In this document: one piece after another, positions 52,306-61,431 of the stretch
How the letters are laid out: the number at the start of each line of letters is the position of its first letter
Numbering within the stretch: the first letter of the stretch is position 1
From: an uncultured Nitrospiraceae bacterium
Lineage (GTDB): Bacteria; Nitrospirota; Thermodesulfovibrionia; Thermodesulfovibrionales; SM23-35
Length of the DNA stretch: 64,000 nt
NCBI GenBank assembly: GCA_963727775.1
Contig: CAVSHB010000001.1
Location: forward strand, 576,001-640,000
Direction: 5' to 3'
The notes under the pieces: generated by a model
What the model saw: only the letters and a program-made list of their open reading frames with translations
The model's database searches: none
What the model was told of the DNA's origin: nothing
Made by a program: the position numbers and the translations under genes

Positions 52306-53256
52306 ATGTTAAAGCTCATTTCGCAATATATAGCTTACGAACTACTGAAATTGGAGCACGGCTCTCATCTCGCTGATGCTGTAGATTTCTTTATTTACGA
52401 TACAATCAAGATATTTCTTTTACTTGCGGGCATAATATTTGTTGTCTCGACAATTCGCAGCTTTTTCCCTCCTGAAAAAACGAAACGGATATTGTCCCAT
52501 AAAAAAGAGTTTATAGGAAATATTTTGGCAGCCCTCCTCGGTATTGTAACTCCATTCTGCTCATGCTCTGCAGTGCCGCTATTTATCGGCTTTGTAGAGG
52601 CCGGCGTACCCTTAGGCGTAACGTTTTCATTCCTTATTTCATCACCGATGGTAAATGAGGTCGCGGTCGTTTTGCTTTTCGGGCTCTTTGGCTGGAAGGT
52701 GGCTGCGCTCTATGCCGGAGCCGGCCTTCTTGTTGCAATTTTCGGAGGTTTGGTTATAGGGAAACTCAAGCTTGAAAAGTGGGTAGAGGAATATGTATAC
52801 CAATTCCACAATGGACAGGAATATGAAATACTTAGGCAAAGCTTTAGAGAAAGGCTCCTATACGCAAAAGAAAATACCGTAGATATATTAAAAAGGGTAT
52901 GGCTGTATATTATTATTGCGATCGGCATAGGCGGGTTTATTCATGGGTATGTGCCTCAGGACTTTCTTGTCCGTTATGCCGGACCCGGGAATCCCTTTGC
53001 CGTTCCTATAGCAGTATTGCTCGGGGTTCCTCTCTACGCAAATGCTGCAGGAGTCATTCCGATAGTCTATGCCCTTATGGAAAAAGGATTGAGCATGGGA
53101 ACGGTATTGGCCTTTATGATGGCAGTAACGGCATTGTCGTTTCCCGAAATGATAATCCTAAGGAAAGTCTTGAAGATTCCACTTCTCGCGGTATTTGTCG
53201 GTATAATGACTGTGACCATTATAGCCGTTGGCTATTTGTTTAATGCAATTCTATAG
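52306..53256 (+). CDS. ArsP/DUF318 family permease
   Basis: TPFCSCSAVPLF, FLISSPMVNE, GVPLY, ALSFPEMIIL. Confidence 0.9.
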   Translation: MLKLISQYIAYELLKLEHGSHLADAVDFFIYDTIKIFLLLAGIIFVVSTIRSFFPPEKTKRILSHKKEFIGNILAALLGIVTPFCSCSAVPLFIGFVEAGVPLGVTFSFLISSPMVNEVAVVLLFGLFGWKVAALYAGAGLLVAIFGGLVIGKLKLEKWVEEYVYQFHNGQEYEILRQSFRERLLYAKENTVDILKRVWLYIIIAIGIGGFIHGYVPQDFLVRYAGPGNPFAVPIAVLLGVPLYANAAGVIPIVYALMEKGLSMGTVLAFMMAVTALSFPEMIILRKVLKIPLLAVFVGIMTVTIIAVGYLFNAIL

Positions 53257-53268
53257 AGGAGAGGATCT

Positions 53269-53586
53269 GTGAGAATAGATTGTTATATGTCGTCGACCTG
53301 CGGAGCGGAAGAAGGTCTGAGGGAAAATATCTCTCAAGCATTAGATTTGGAGGACTTACAGGCAGAAGTGCAGTTCTACCGGATCGATAATATACAGGCC
53401 GCGACATTAGAGCTTCGTGGTTCTCCCTCTGTGCTTATTGATGGAAAAGACATTCAGCCGGCAGATGTAGCCGGGTTTTCCTGAAGGTTATTCAAAGACG
53501 AAGCCGGGAAGCTTCTGAATATCCCGTCTGTGGAAATATTGAGAAAAGTAATCAGAGAGAAAAAGGAGGAAGAGCAATGGAAATAA
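53269..53586 (+). CDS. Thioredoxin-fold protein, probable selenoprotein (UGA at 53482-53484 read as Sec)
   Basis: GSPSVLIDGKDI...GFS-UGA-RLF; the frame stays open for 33 more codons to TAA at 53586, overlapping the next start; hairpin immediately 3' of the UGA. Confidence 0.75.
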
Positions 53587-53816
53587 AAATATTAGGCCCG
53601 GGTTGTCCTAACTGCTCGATGATGGAGGAACTGGCCCAAAAGGCGGTAAAAGAACTCGGCATTGAAGCGAGGGTGGATAAGATAACAGACATCAGGGAGA
53701 TCATGAAATTCACTATGTCAACGCCTGCACTTCTTATTAACGGGAAACTGAAACATTCCGGGAAACCTTTGCCGACTCTTGACAAAGTGAAAGACTTAAT
53801 AAGGGCGGCGGTGTAA
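53577..53816 (+). CDS. Small redox-active disulfide protein (thioredoxin family)
   Basis: IKILGPGCPNC, MSTPALLING. Confidence 0.9.
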   Translation: MEIKILGPGCPNCSMMEELAQKAVKELGIEARVDKITDIREIMKFTMSTPALLINGKLKHSGKPLPTLDKVKDLIRAAV

Positions 53817-53818
53817 CC

Positions 53819-54196
53819 ATGCAGGACCTCCTAAGTGTCTTTAAATCACTTTCTGAAGAAACGAGACTGAGAATTGTTAAACTCCTTGAACACGGAGAAC
53901 TCTGCGTCTGCGATATAGTTGCCGCCCTGGACATGATACAGCCAAAGGTGTCTTTTCATCTTGCTGTTCTGAAAGAGGCCGGTCTTATCAAAGACCGAAA
54001 ACAGGGCAAATGGACTCATTACAGCATTGCTGATGCTGATATATTCAGGAGATTTCTCCTCCTCTCAACACTGGATAAAATTTCTGCTGAAACAGTATCT
54101 GAGGATACGAGAAGATTGAAGGCTTTCCTGAAAATTAAACATCAGAAAGCAAACGTGGTTTCCCTGCCCAACAGAAATGCCTGCTGCGGGAGGTAA
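53819..54196 (+). CDS. arsR: ArsR/SmtB family transcriptional repressor
   Basis: FKSLSEETRLRI, ELCVCDI metal-binding box, QPKVSFHL, C-terminal CC. Confidence 0.9.
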   Translation: MQDLLSVFKSLSEETRLRIVKLLEHGELCVCDIVAALDMIQPKVSFHLAVLKEAGLIKDRKQGKWTHYSIADADIFRRFLLLSTLDKISAETVSEDTRRLKAFLKIKHQKANVVSLPNRNACCGR

Positions 54197-54200
54197 CGAA

Positions 54201-54371
54201 ATGGCTGAAGTAGTGAAGAGGCTGTCATTTCTTAACCGTTTTCTCACCTTATGGATATTTCTGGCAATGGCTGTCGGCGTTGGTTCAGGTCTGGTAAATA
54301 TAGCGCTGTATTTTAAGCGGAAATATTTTGCTGCTGAGTATTGCCGGATTAAAGGGACTGAGCCGATATAA
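54201..54371 (+). pseudogene. acr3: Acr3 arsenite exporter with a large internal deletion
   Basis: KRLSFLNRFLTLWIFLAMAVGV (Acr3 N-terminus) is joined directly to LVNIALYFKRKYF (Acr3 C-terminus). Confidence 0.8.
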
Positions 54372-54399
54372 TCGGTGCAATGGTTGAATAAACGTCAAG

Positions 54400-54468
54400 T
54401 GCATATTCCGGTGAAACCTACCACTCATTCCATTGGAATCCTGCCACCTGTTCCGACGAGAGCCTGCA
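54400..54468. mobile_element. IS21-like terminal remnant
   Basis: TGCATATTCCGGTGAA start with repeated CC(T/A)xCCAC...TTCC units; 17-bp inverted identity with 31382-31398. Confidence 0.5.
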
Positions 54469-54578
54469 TAGGGGGCCGGGGATATCTTGACTCCACAAAT
54501 TATGTTTGGTCCGCCCCGTAATGCGCACAACTCGTTTGTGGATAACACCTCGGAATCAACAGTGGTGACTTTTTATTG

Positions 54579-54633
54579 ATTCCCAGTAAGCGTCATTCCG
54601 CTGCGAAGTTGCGGAATGACGCTTACTGGGAAT
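54579..54633. repeat. Perfect 23-bp stem hairpin between convergent genes
   Basis: ATTCCCAGTAAGCGTCATTCCGC-9 nt-GCGGAATGACGCTTACTGGGAAT. Confidence 0.85.
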
Positions 54634-54682
54634 GCACAGATATAAATCCCTACTTTTTTTGTAGCAGGGTGGTACGTGGAAT

Positions 54683-55468
54683 CTATTTTTTCTTTCTGAA
54701 AATAATCATAGGGCAGTTTTTACAGACATCTGCACCAGGGAAATGATCTCCCGGTTTTGTAAGGGATGCGCTTCCAAGATTATTAATGCGATCCAGGAGT
54801 CTCTGTATAGTTGCCTCTATATGCTCTCCGGGAATCGTTACGTTTATTTCGCCTCTTTCCATTTTACCGGAATTATAAGTGCCACCGCAGGCGCTAATCA
54901 TGTTCGCTGATTTTTCAAGATACGAGAATACATTGCCTCCGCATGCAGCAGAATTAACAGTAAGATTGCTATGAATTGGATGTATGTCCATTGCAGACAT
55001 ATAGTCAACCAAAAGGTGATAAGCTTGCATATTATCACAATAGAAATGAACCGTATCAGGAGCAAAATATGAGCCAGCAAGGGGAGACACGATAAAAGCT
55101 TTGAGGGCGCCTTCAGGAAGTCTGGGTTTTGTCTTTACAAACTTTACCGCCTGATCCCAGTTCTTTGCATACTTTAAATGAGTCTTTACTTCAGCATCAT
55201 CAAAAGGCTTCCATCCAAAAACAAAAGAAGCATTACTGCAGCCTAACTTCTCCTTCGTTCCGAGAACTGTCTGGCCTTTCATGCGAGCAGCAATCTCAAA
55301 TTGGCAGAAGGTAAGTGGCTTCGCAGCCTCATGATACGATGCGTTTTCCATAAAATCTTCGAGATCTTCATCTTTAAAGATAAATTTCACAGCAATGGGA
55401 TAATGCATAAGACGAAGCTCATCCATCAATATCTTCTGCATATCTTGATAGGATATTTTCTTGTCCAT
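54683..55468 (-). CDS. DUF169 family protein
   Basis: PIAVKF, TFCQ, GCSNA, AACGG, ACGG; Cys-rich C-terminus CKNCP. Confidence 0.75.
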   Translation of the reverse strand: MDKKISYQDMQKILMDELRLMHYPIAVKFIFKDEDLEDFMENASYHEAAKPLTFCQFEIAARMKGQTVLGTKEKLGCSNASFVFGWKPFDDAEVKTHLKYAKNWDQAVKFVKTKPRLPEGALKAFIVSPLAGSYFAPDTVHFYCDNMQAYHLLVDYMSAMDIHPIHSNLTVNSAACGGNVFSYLEKSANMISACGGTYNSGKMERGEINVTIPGEHIEATIQRLLDRINNLGSASLTKPGDHFPGADVCKNCPMIIFRKKK

Positions 55469-55723
55469 TTATGAACCTCCGCAAATAATGCAATCAATAC
55501 TTCATAAAAATTATTCTCTAAATATCATAACACTTACACAAAATCCTCAGGCCACCAATAATATTTTGCAAATAAGAACTGGTATCAGGCTGGCCTACAG
55601 GAGCATGTAACGTTTATTAACAGAAGAAACATACATTTTTAAACGCTTTCTATGCGGTGTCTAATTCAGGAAGGACATCTCCGCTCTCCGGGTATGTCAA
55701 CGCAGATCTCAACTTCTTACTTT

Positions 55724-56155
55724 CTACCCATTGTTTTTTTTGGCTTTTGCAATAAACCATGTGAATGTGCCTTCAAAGGTGGTGTTCTTCCCTTCGTCTA
55801 CGATCTTTACTGTGACGTCCACAAGGGTCCGTCCCTTTTCCGAGAGTTCTTTCTTTGCCTTCGTGGCTCTGTCTGCGTCAATAAAGCCTTCTGAAAATAG
55901 TCTTCCCTTTGCTGGGTTTCTATATTTGACTTCAACTCTCCTCACTACGGGAAAATAAGCTCCGTTCCAGTCGCCAAAGTTTCTTTCCAGGATCTCCCCG
56001 CTTGAGGCTTCAGCCAGTGCATATTGAGCAGATGCATGAATGGTCCCTAAATGATTCTGATATTTTACACTGTCTTCAAGCATAAGAATCGTGTCAGGTT
56101 CATCCGACTTTTTAATCAATAGGATCTTATTAAAAGGCAGGTCCAAAACATTCAT
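55724..56155 (-). CDS. Hot-dog fold thioesterase-like protein (PaaI/YiiD/DUF4442)
   Basis: NHLGTIHASAQYALAE, VKYRNPAKG. Confidence 0.8.
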   Translation of the reverse strand: MNVLDLPFNKILLIKKSDEPDTILMLEDSVKYQNHLGTIHASAQYALAEASSGEILERNFGDWNGAYFPVVRRVEVKYRNPAKGRLFSEGFIDADRATKAKKELSEKGRTLVDVTVKIVDEGKNTTFEGTFTWFIAKAKKNNG

Positions 56156-56429
56156 TCTTTTCCTTTCGTATAAGCTGATAATGATAGCAAGTCAAGAGTT
56201 GCGCTTACAAGCATATGTGATTATTAGTTTTAAAGCCACTGGATCCCTCACTATATAAGCTCAGGAAAATGACAATTACTGTTTATACTCTGCACCATTA
56301 TATCATGCTCAGGAGGTCTCAGTTACAGAGGAAGGATGTTTGCCTATCAGGACTCTCTGGAATACTGCGTTTCTTTCGTCCCGTAATGCGCATACCTTTT
56401 TTGTCAAAGACACCTACAGTGCCGCCTAA

Positions 56430-58080
56430 CCCACATAATTCATAAATTTTTGGCACATGAGATTTTTGGTGGCTTTTTGAGTCAAGTGAAGACAATAGAA
56501 GACCAATACGGAGCAGTTTTATAGACGAGTCACGATCTGATCTCGTAAAATCAGTCGGAGAAGGGCTTCATGGCAGTTTTTAAGCGCACTTCACCATTGA
56601 GGACATTTCCTGTTGAAGTTTTTCCGTAAGAAAATGTTCAGGTCGTATCAGCAGCAAGCCGATGATATACTAATGCAAAGATTTTCTTCCAGGGATAGCC
56701 ACTGGCTAAGCGAAACCATACCCGTCGGGCTGTCTGGATTACCTGGGCTCCAATCTTCAGAAGCCTCAGCCTTAACTGCTGTATCTGCATTGAGGCAAAT
56801 TCTGTTTTCTGAAGAGCTTCCCTGAGCCTCAGAACAAGCCAGTACGCCGCCATATGCAGGAAGAGTCTGAACTGGTTGGCAACAAAGCGATGACAACTCA
56901 ACCGGTCTGCCTTGAGCCCATTTTTAAACTCGTCAATCCGTACCTCACAGGTACCGCCACGCTCGGTGTAAAACTCATAGAGTTCTTTTGGTTCATAGGA
57001 GAGGTTGGTTACGACAAAACGACGGTTAGGTCCCTGTATCAGCCATTCAGCCTTCATGATAACCCGTCGCTCTTTCGGCCAACTCTGCGCCTGATATAAT
57101 CCCTCTGTAAACATCCTCTGTTTTTGTCCTGTTTCCGTATACTGCTTATGCGCTTTCTTGAGAATGGCTTCGATCATCCGCTCAAGCACATCATTACGGA
57201 TCAGACCGATCATATATTTGAGACCCTCTTCTTCACAGTATTCATATAACTCTGGTACTGCAAATCCAGCATCGCCACGGACGATGATCTCTGTTTTTGG
57301 AAACGCCTCCTTAAGTTTCGGAATGATCCGCTTGAGGATCGACACCGCTCCATAACTGGCATGCCGGTTACCAGCTCTGAGGGCCGCTGTTATCAGTTGC
57401 CCTGTGTCAGCATCGTAGATTACAAGCGGATGGTACATGTATTGGTCATAGTAGCCATGAAAGAACGTCAACTGCTGATTGCCGTATGTCGGATCGTCCG
57501 TCCCATCAAGGTCCAGAATAATCCTTTTTGGCTTTCTCTTCCGGTTCCGACGAATGTAAAGATTAATAAAATATTCTCCTATCCTGTATAGATCGTTCCG
57601 GGTGATTGCGTTTTCCAAGCGTGACAAGGTGGGCTGTGAGCCAAGATCTTCATCGCTCAACTTCCGTCCACAGGCTGTCTTCAGTGCTGGATCTTTTCTT
57701 ACTATGTTTGCATCGTTACAGTCCTCATACCCAGCAACGATTTGATATGTCCGCTGACGTAACAGTGTCTCCAGATTGTGATCGGTGTAACGGTTGTCTC
57801 TTCGGTCTGTAATACATCCTGCCATCCCTGTTATCAACCGCAAAGCATTGTCTGCTTGCCTCACCAGCAACAAGCCCGAATCAGAGGTTATCTCCCCTCC
57901 CTCAAAATCCACAGTTACTTTGTGCTTCCGAATGAATGAAAAGGTGAGCTGTTTTGTGATACACTCTGTCATATAGCCAACCATCCTTTCTTTGGTCTTT
58001 GAGGCTTCGCAATCTCAATGATACCAAAGGTCTTAGGATTGTTGGCTATTTTCTTAAACAGAATTTATGAATTATCTGGG
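56430..58080 (-). mobile_element. IS1380-family insertion sequence (1651 bp)
   Basis: 19-bp TIR CCCA(C/G)ATAATTCATAAATT; 4-bp target duplication CTAA (56426-56429 and 58081-58084). Confidence 0.92.
56638..57972 (-). CDS. IS1380-family transposase
   Basis: FEGGEITSDSGLLL, GYEDCND, SQPTLSRLEN, LDLDGTDDP, RGDAGF, NQFRLFL; alternative start at 57984. Confidence 0.92.
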   Translation of the reverse strand: MTECITKQLTFSFIRKHKVTVDFEGGEITSDSGLLLVRQADNALRLITGMAGCITDRRDNRYTDHNLETLLRQRTYQIVAGYEDCNDANIVRKDPALKTACGRKLSDEDLGSQPTLSRLENAITRNDLYRIGEYFINLYIRRNRKRKPKRIILDLDGTDDPTYGNQQLTFFHGYYDQYMYHPLVIYDADTGQLITAALRAGNRHASYGAVSILKRIIPKLKEAFPKTEIIVRGDAGFAVPELYEYCEEEGLKYMIGLIRNDVLERMIEAILKKAHKQYTETGQKQRMFTEGLYQAQSWPKERRVIMKAEWLIQGPNRRFVVTNLSYEPKELYEFYTERGGTCEVRIDEFKNGLKADRLSCHRFVANQFRLFLHMAAYWLVLRLREALQKTEFASMQIQQLRLRLLKIGAQVIQTARRVWFRLASGYPWKKIFALVYHRLAADTT

Positions 58081-58364
58081 CTAATAAGAGATGAAAAAGT
58101 GCCTGTTATTGTATCCCGTAAAGCGTGAATGACGACTATTAAGTTTTTTGAGTCTGTAGCGTTATCTGAGATCTCTTTGGGTTGTGGAGCCGTTGTCTGA
58201 CAGTCCACTGAGGATCTGCAATGTATTATGCTCATCGATATCCAGATGACTGTTCATGTTGTGAACATAACATAGGGTTTATTTGGCTGTCAAGCTTGCA
58301 ATTTATTCAAGCAAAATTTGATAAATTCGCCGGATTTCATGTAAAATTTCGAGTTGGAGGACAT

Positions 58365-59132
58365 ATGAAAATCAAAGTTATAGGGTGTTCAGGTGCAGAA
58401 TTTCCCGGGCATAACGCACCTGCCTTTCTTCTGGACAATGAAATCCTGTTTGATGCGGGGAGTCTAACCAGCGTCCTGGATGAGAAAGCGCAGTTAAGAA
58501 TAAAGGATATCTTTGTTACCCATGCCCACCTTGATCATATACGGAGCATACCGTTTCTTGCCGATAACATTGTTGTCGGAAAAAAGAACAGCAAGATCAC
58601 GATTTTCAGTATCTCTTCTGTAATAAAAACAATTAAGAGACACCTTTTCAATAGTTCGGTTTGGCCTGATTTCACATTAATTCCAAACCCCGAAAATGCA
58701 ATTCTGAACCTTGTCGAACTGAAAGCCGGGACATCTATAAAAATAAATGGTTACACGATAACCCCGCATAAGGTAAATCATCCTGTCCCTGCTGTAGGAT
58801 ATTTGGTTGAGGACAAAATGGGGAAAAGATTTTTTTATACAGGGGATACGGGACCGTCTTCCAATACCTGGAAAAAGATCGGCAGTGCAAAGATCCATTG
58901 TCTCATCATTGATGTCTCTTTTCCCAATAATATGAGAGACCTGGCTATCAGTACGGGACATCTCACCCCCGACCTTTTAAAAGAAGAACTGCTGAAGATT
59001 CAGCCTGGACCTGAACATATATATATTACTCATCCAAAGCCCCATTATTTAAAAAACATTCAAGCACAGCTCAATAAGCTCAGGATGAAAAACCTTACCA
59101 TATTAAAAGACGGGGATATAATCAAGGTTTAA
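58365..59132 (+). CDS. MBL-fold 3',5'-cyclic nucleotide phosphodiesterase (class II-like)
   Basis: VIGCSGA, THAHLDHI, FNSSVWPDF, YTGDTG, GHLTP; GGAGG RBS before 58365. Confidence 0.85.
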   Translation: MKIKVIGCSGAEFPGHNAPAFLLDNEILFDAGSLTSVLDEKAQLRIKDIFVTHAHLDHIRSIPFLADNIVVGKKNSKITIFSISSVIKTIKRHLFNSSVWPDFTLIPNPENAILNLVELKAGTSIKINGYTITPHKVNHPVPAVGYLVEDKMGKRFFYTGDTGPSSNTWKKIGSAKIHCLIIDVSFPNNMRDLAISTGHLTPDLLKEELLKIQPGPEHIYITHPKPHYLKNIQAQLNKLRMKNLTILKDGDIIKV

Positions 59133-59168
59133 TTCCGGTTTAATCTTTTCTATAAAAGTCTTGTTTGA

Positions 59169-59894
59169 GAAAAGAGATCAGATGATTCCGGAAACTATCT
59201 TATAGGAATTGAATTCCATAAACAAAGGGCCCATCCTGAAGCTTTCCATGCGGTTGCACGGAGGCACGGTAAACGGATGACCCCCTCAGATCTCGATTTC
59301 CTCCTGAGCACAAATCTTTTTAGTTCAATCCCACAAGAATCTATCGACCCGTTATTGCATTGCCTGACATTCCAAAATATCAAAGCAGGTGAGAGGTTTA
59401 TAAAGAAAGGAGGGGAAGGCGACGGTCTATATATCATTCGCAGCGGTTCATGTATAGTGAATTTGTAACAAAACAATTCCTTACATCCAATCGCCCGCCT
59501 CAAAGCAGGTGATATTGTCGGGGAGATGGCTGTGTTGACCGGCGCCCGCAGAAGCACGCATGTGGATGCAGAAACCGATATCAGTCTGTGGCGACTCAGC
59601 AGGGCCAAATTTAATGAATTATCTCTGGAATACCCTGACTTAAGGAATTTCCTGACCGAGATAGTTACAAACCGCATTTCCACTTCAAAATTGACGGCAT
59701 TCAGGACCATCGGGAAATACATCATAAAGGAGAATATCGGACAGGGTGCATGGAGTGTGGTATACAAGGGCATTCATGGGAAACTGAATTTCCCTGTTGC
59801 TATTAAAATGTTGAAGCACACCATGGCTATGGATCCGGAATTCTGGGATAAATTTCAAAATGAAGCAAAGACGATAGCAAAACTGAACCAGTAA
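59169..59894 (+). pseudogene. Fragment of a cNMP-binding domain/Ser-Thr kinase protein
   Basis: One frame with an internal TAA at 59466-59468. Contains GDIVGEMAVLTGARRS (cNMP) and IGQGAWSVVYKG...VAIKML (kinase N-lobe); truncated at both ends. Confidence 0.82.
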
Positions 59895-59926
59895 ACTACC
59901 ACCGACAAGGTCGGTGGTAGTTTACT
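59890..59926. repeat. Perfect 17-bp stem hairpin at the kinase truncation point
   Basis: AGTAAACTACCACCGAC-AAG-GTCGGTGGTAGTTTACT. Confidence 0.8.
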
Positions 59927-59946
59927 AAATTGTTGCCGCACTATTT

Positions 59947-61287
59947 GACAGTGTAAACTTGACTGTGTGAAATTCAAACGAGGGGAAAAATAAGGGCGCA
60001 CCTCCTATAAAATATTTTGTTAGACCAATAACAAAAATCAAAAGGAGGAGCACCCATGGAAATTAAGATTAGCGTACCAGAAGTCGTAAATTTAATCAAA
60101 GAATTGCAGGAGAATCCGTCGAGGATATTTGAGATGGCCACGCTGAATGTGCAAAAGGACGTAGGCAACTATTTGACGAACCTGATGAAGGCAGAACTGA
60201 CGCATGTTTTAGGGCGTGGAAGATATGAGCGTGGCAAGGGGGAGGCCAACCATCGCAACGGGAGCTATCCCCGGGACTTCTGTATTAAGGGGATTGGAGA
60301 AGTAGCAGTAAAGGTACCTAGAGATCGGAAGGGCGAATATCAGACACAGGTATTGCCTCGTGGGAAGCGATATGAAACCAGGATCGCGGAGGATCTGTCG
60401 ATGATGTATCTGACGGGGATAAGCACGCGGACGCTCTCGATGTTAAGCAAGAGACTTATAGGGCGTGAGATATCTCATGAAGAAGTGAGCAAGGCGAGCA
60501 AGGAATTGACGGCAGGGGTAGAGAATTGGCGCAACCGTGATTTATCCCAGGAGCCAATAAAATACATCTTTGTAGACGGCGTGATCTTCAAGATGAGATT
60601 GAAGTATAGTGTGGAGAATGTCCCCGTACTTGCAGCAATAGGGGTAACAGGGGATGGAACGAAATTAGTGCTCGGTCTGCAGAGCGGCGACAAGGAATCG
60701 GCTACGAACTGGAGGGAGTTTTTTAAGGATCTAAAAAGCAGAGGGCTCGACGGGTCATCGGTGAGGCTGGGAATCATGGATGGGCTTTCTGGGCTGGAGA
60801 AAGTATTTGAAGAAGAGTTTCCCAATGCAAAAGTGCAGAGGTGCCAGGTGCATGTGGCCCGTAATGTACTGGCGAAGGTACCTCATAAATTGAAAAAGGA
60901 AGTAGCAGATGATCTGAGGTCTATATTCTATGCCTCTTCAAAAGGAAAGGCAGATGAATTCTACAGGAGCTTTTACACGAAGTGGAGCAAAGAACTCCCC
61001 TCAGCCGTGAAATCATTAGGCCAGTCAATAGACGCCTGTTTGACATTCTTCAAGTTCCCGGAAGAAGAATGGATATCATTACGGACGTCGAACATTATTG
61101 AGCGCCTGAACAAGGAATTCAAGAGAAGAACGAAGACTATGGAGATAGTAGCCGGAGAGGATGCCTGTTATAGGCTTCTTGCTTTTATATCGTTAAAGAT
61201 GGAGTTGAGTTGGAGATCAAATCCAATAGGAAAGGTGCGACCCAATTTGCCCCTTTATCAAATTTACACAAAATAGTTGACACTACC
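59947..61287 (+). mobile_element. IS256-family insertion sequence (1341 bp)
   Basis: Imperfect TIRs GACAGTGTAAAC... and ...GTTGACACTACC; 8-bp target duplication CACTATTT (59939-59946 and 61288-61295). Confidence 0.92.
60056..61276 (+). CDS. IS256-family transposase
   Basis: RNGSY, VPRDRKG, FVDG, MDGLSGL, QRCQVH, TSNIIERLNKEFKRR. Confidence 0.94.
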   Translation: MEIKISVPEVVNLIKELQENPSRIFEMATLNVQKDVGNYLTNLMKAELTHVLGRGRYERGKGEANHRNGSYPRDFCIKGIGEVAVKVPRDRKGEYQTQVLPRGKRYETRIAEDLSMMYLTGISTRTLSMLSKRLIGREISHEEVSKASKELTAGVENWRNRDLSQEPIKYIFVDGVIFKMRLKYSVENVPVLAAIGVTGDGTKLVLGLQSGDKESATNWREFFKDLKSRGLDGSSVRLGIMDGLSGLEKVFEEEFPNAKVQRCQVHVARNVLAKVPHKLKKEVADDLRSIFYASSKGKADEFYRSFYTKWSKELPSAVKSLGQSIDACLTFFKFPEEEWISLRTSNIIERLNKEFKRRTKTMEIVAGEDACYRLLAFISLKMELSWRSNPIGKVRPNLPLYQIYTK

Positions 61288-61431
61288 CACTATTTGTGTG
61301 ACCTTTATGTATCACATAAAAAAGAATAAAATGCGGGTTTTGAATCAATATTTGCAAAAATGATGGTTTTTATTGACGTTTACCTGTAAAGAGGCTAAAA
61401 TACTTCCGCAAGCTGCAAATCAAGGGGAAAT

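Noticed and set aside
59466..59468. Recoded stop in the cNMP-kinase fragment
   Set aside because: It is TAA, not TGA or TAG, and the gene is also truncated at both ends, so a nonsense mutation is the simpler reading.
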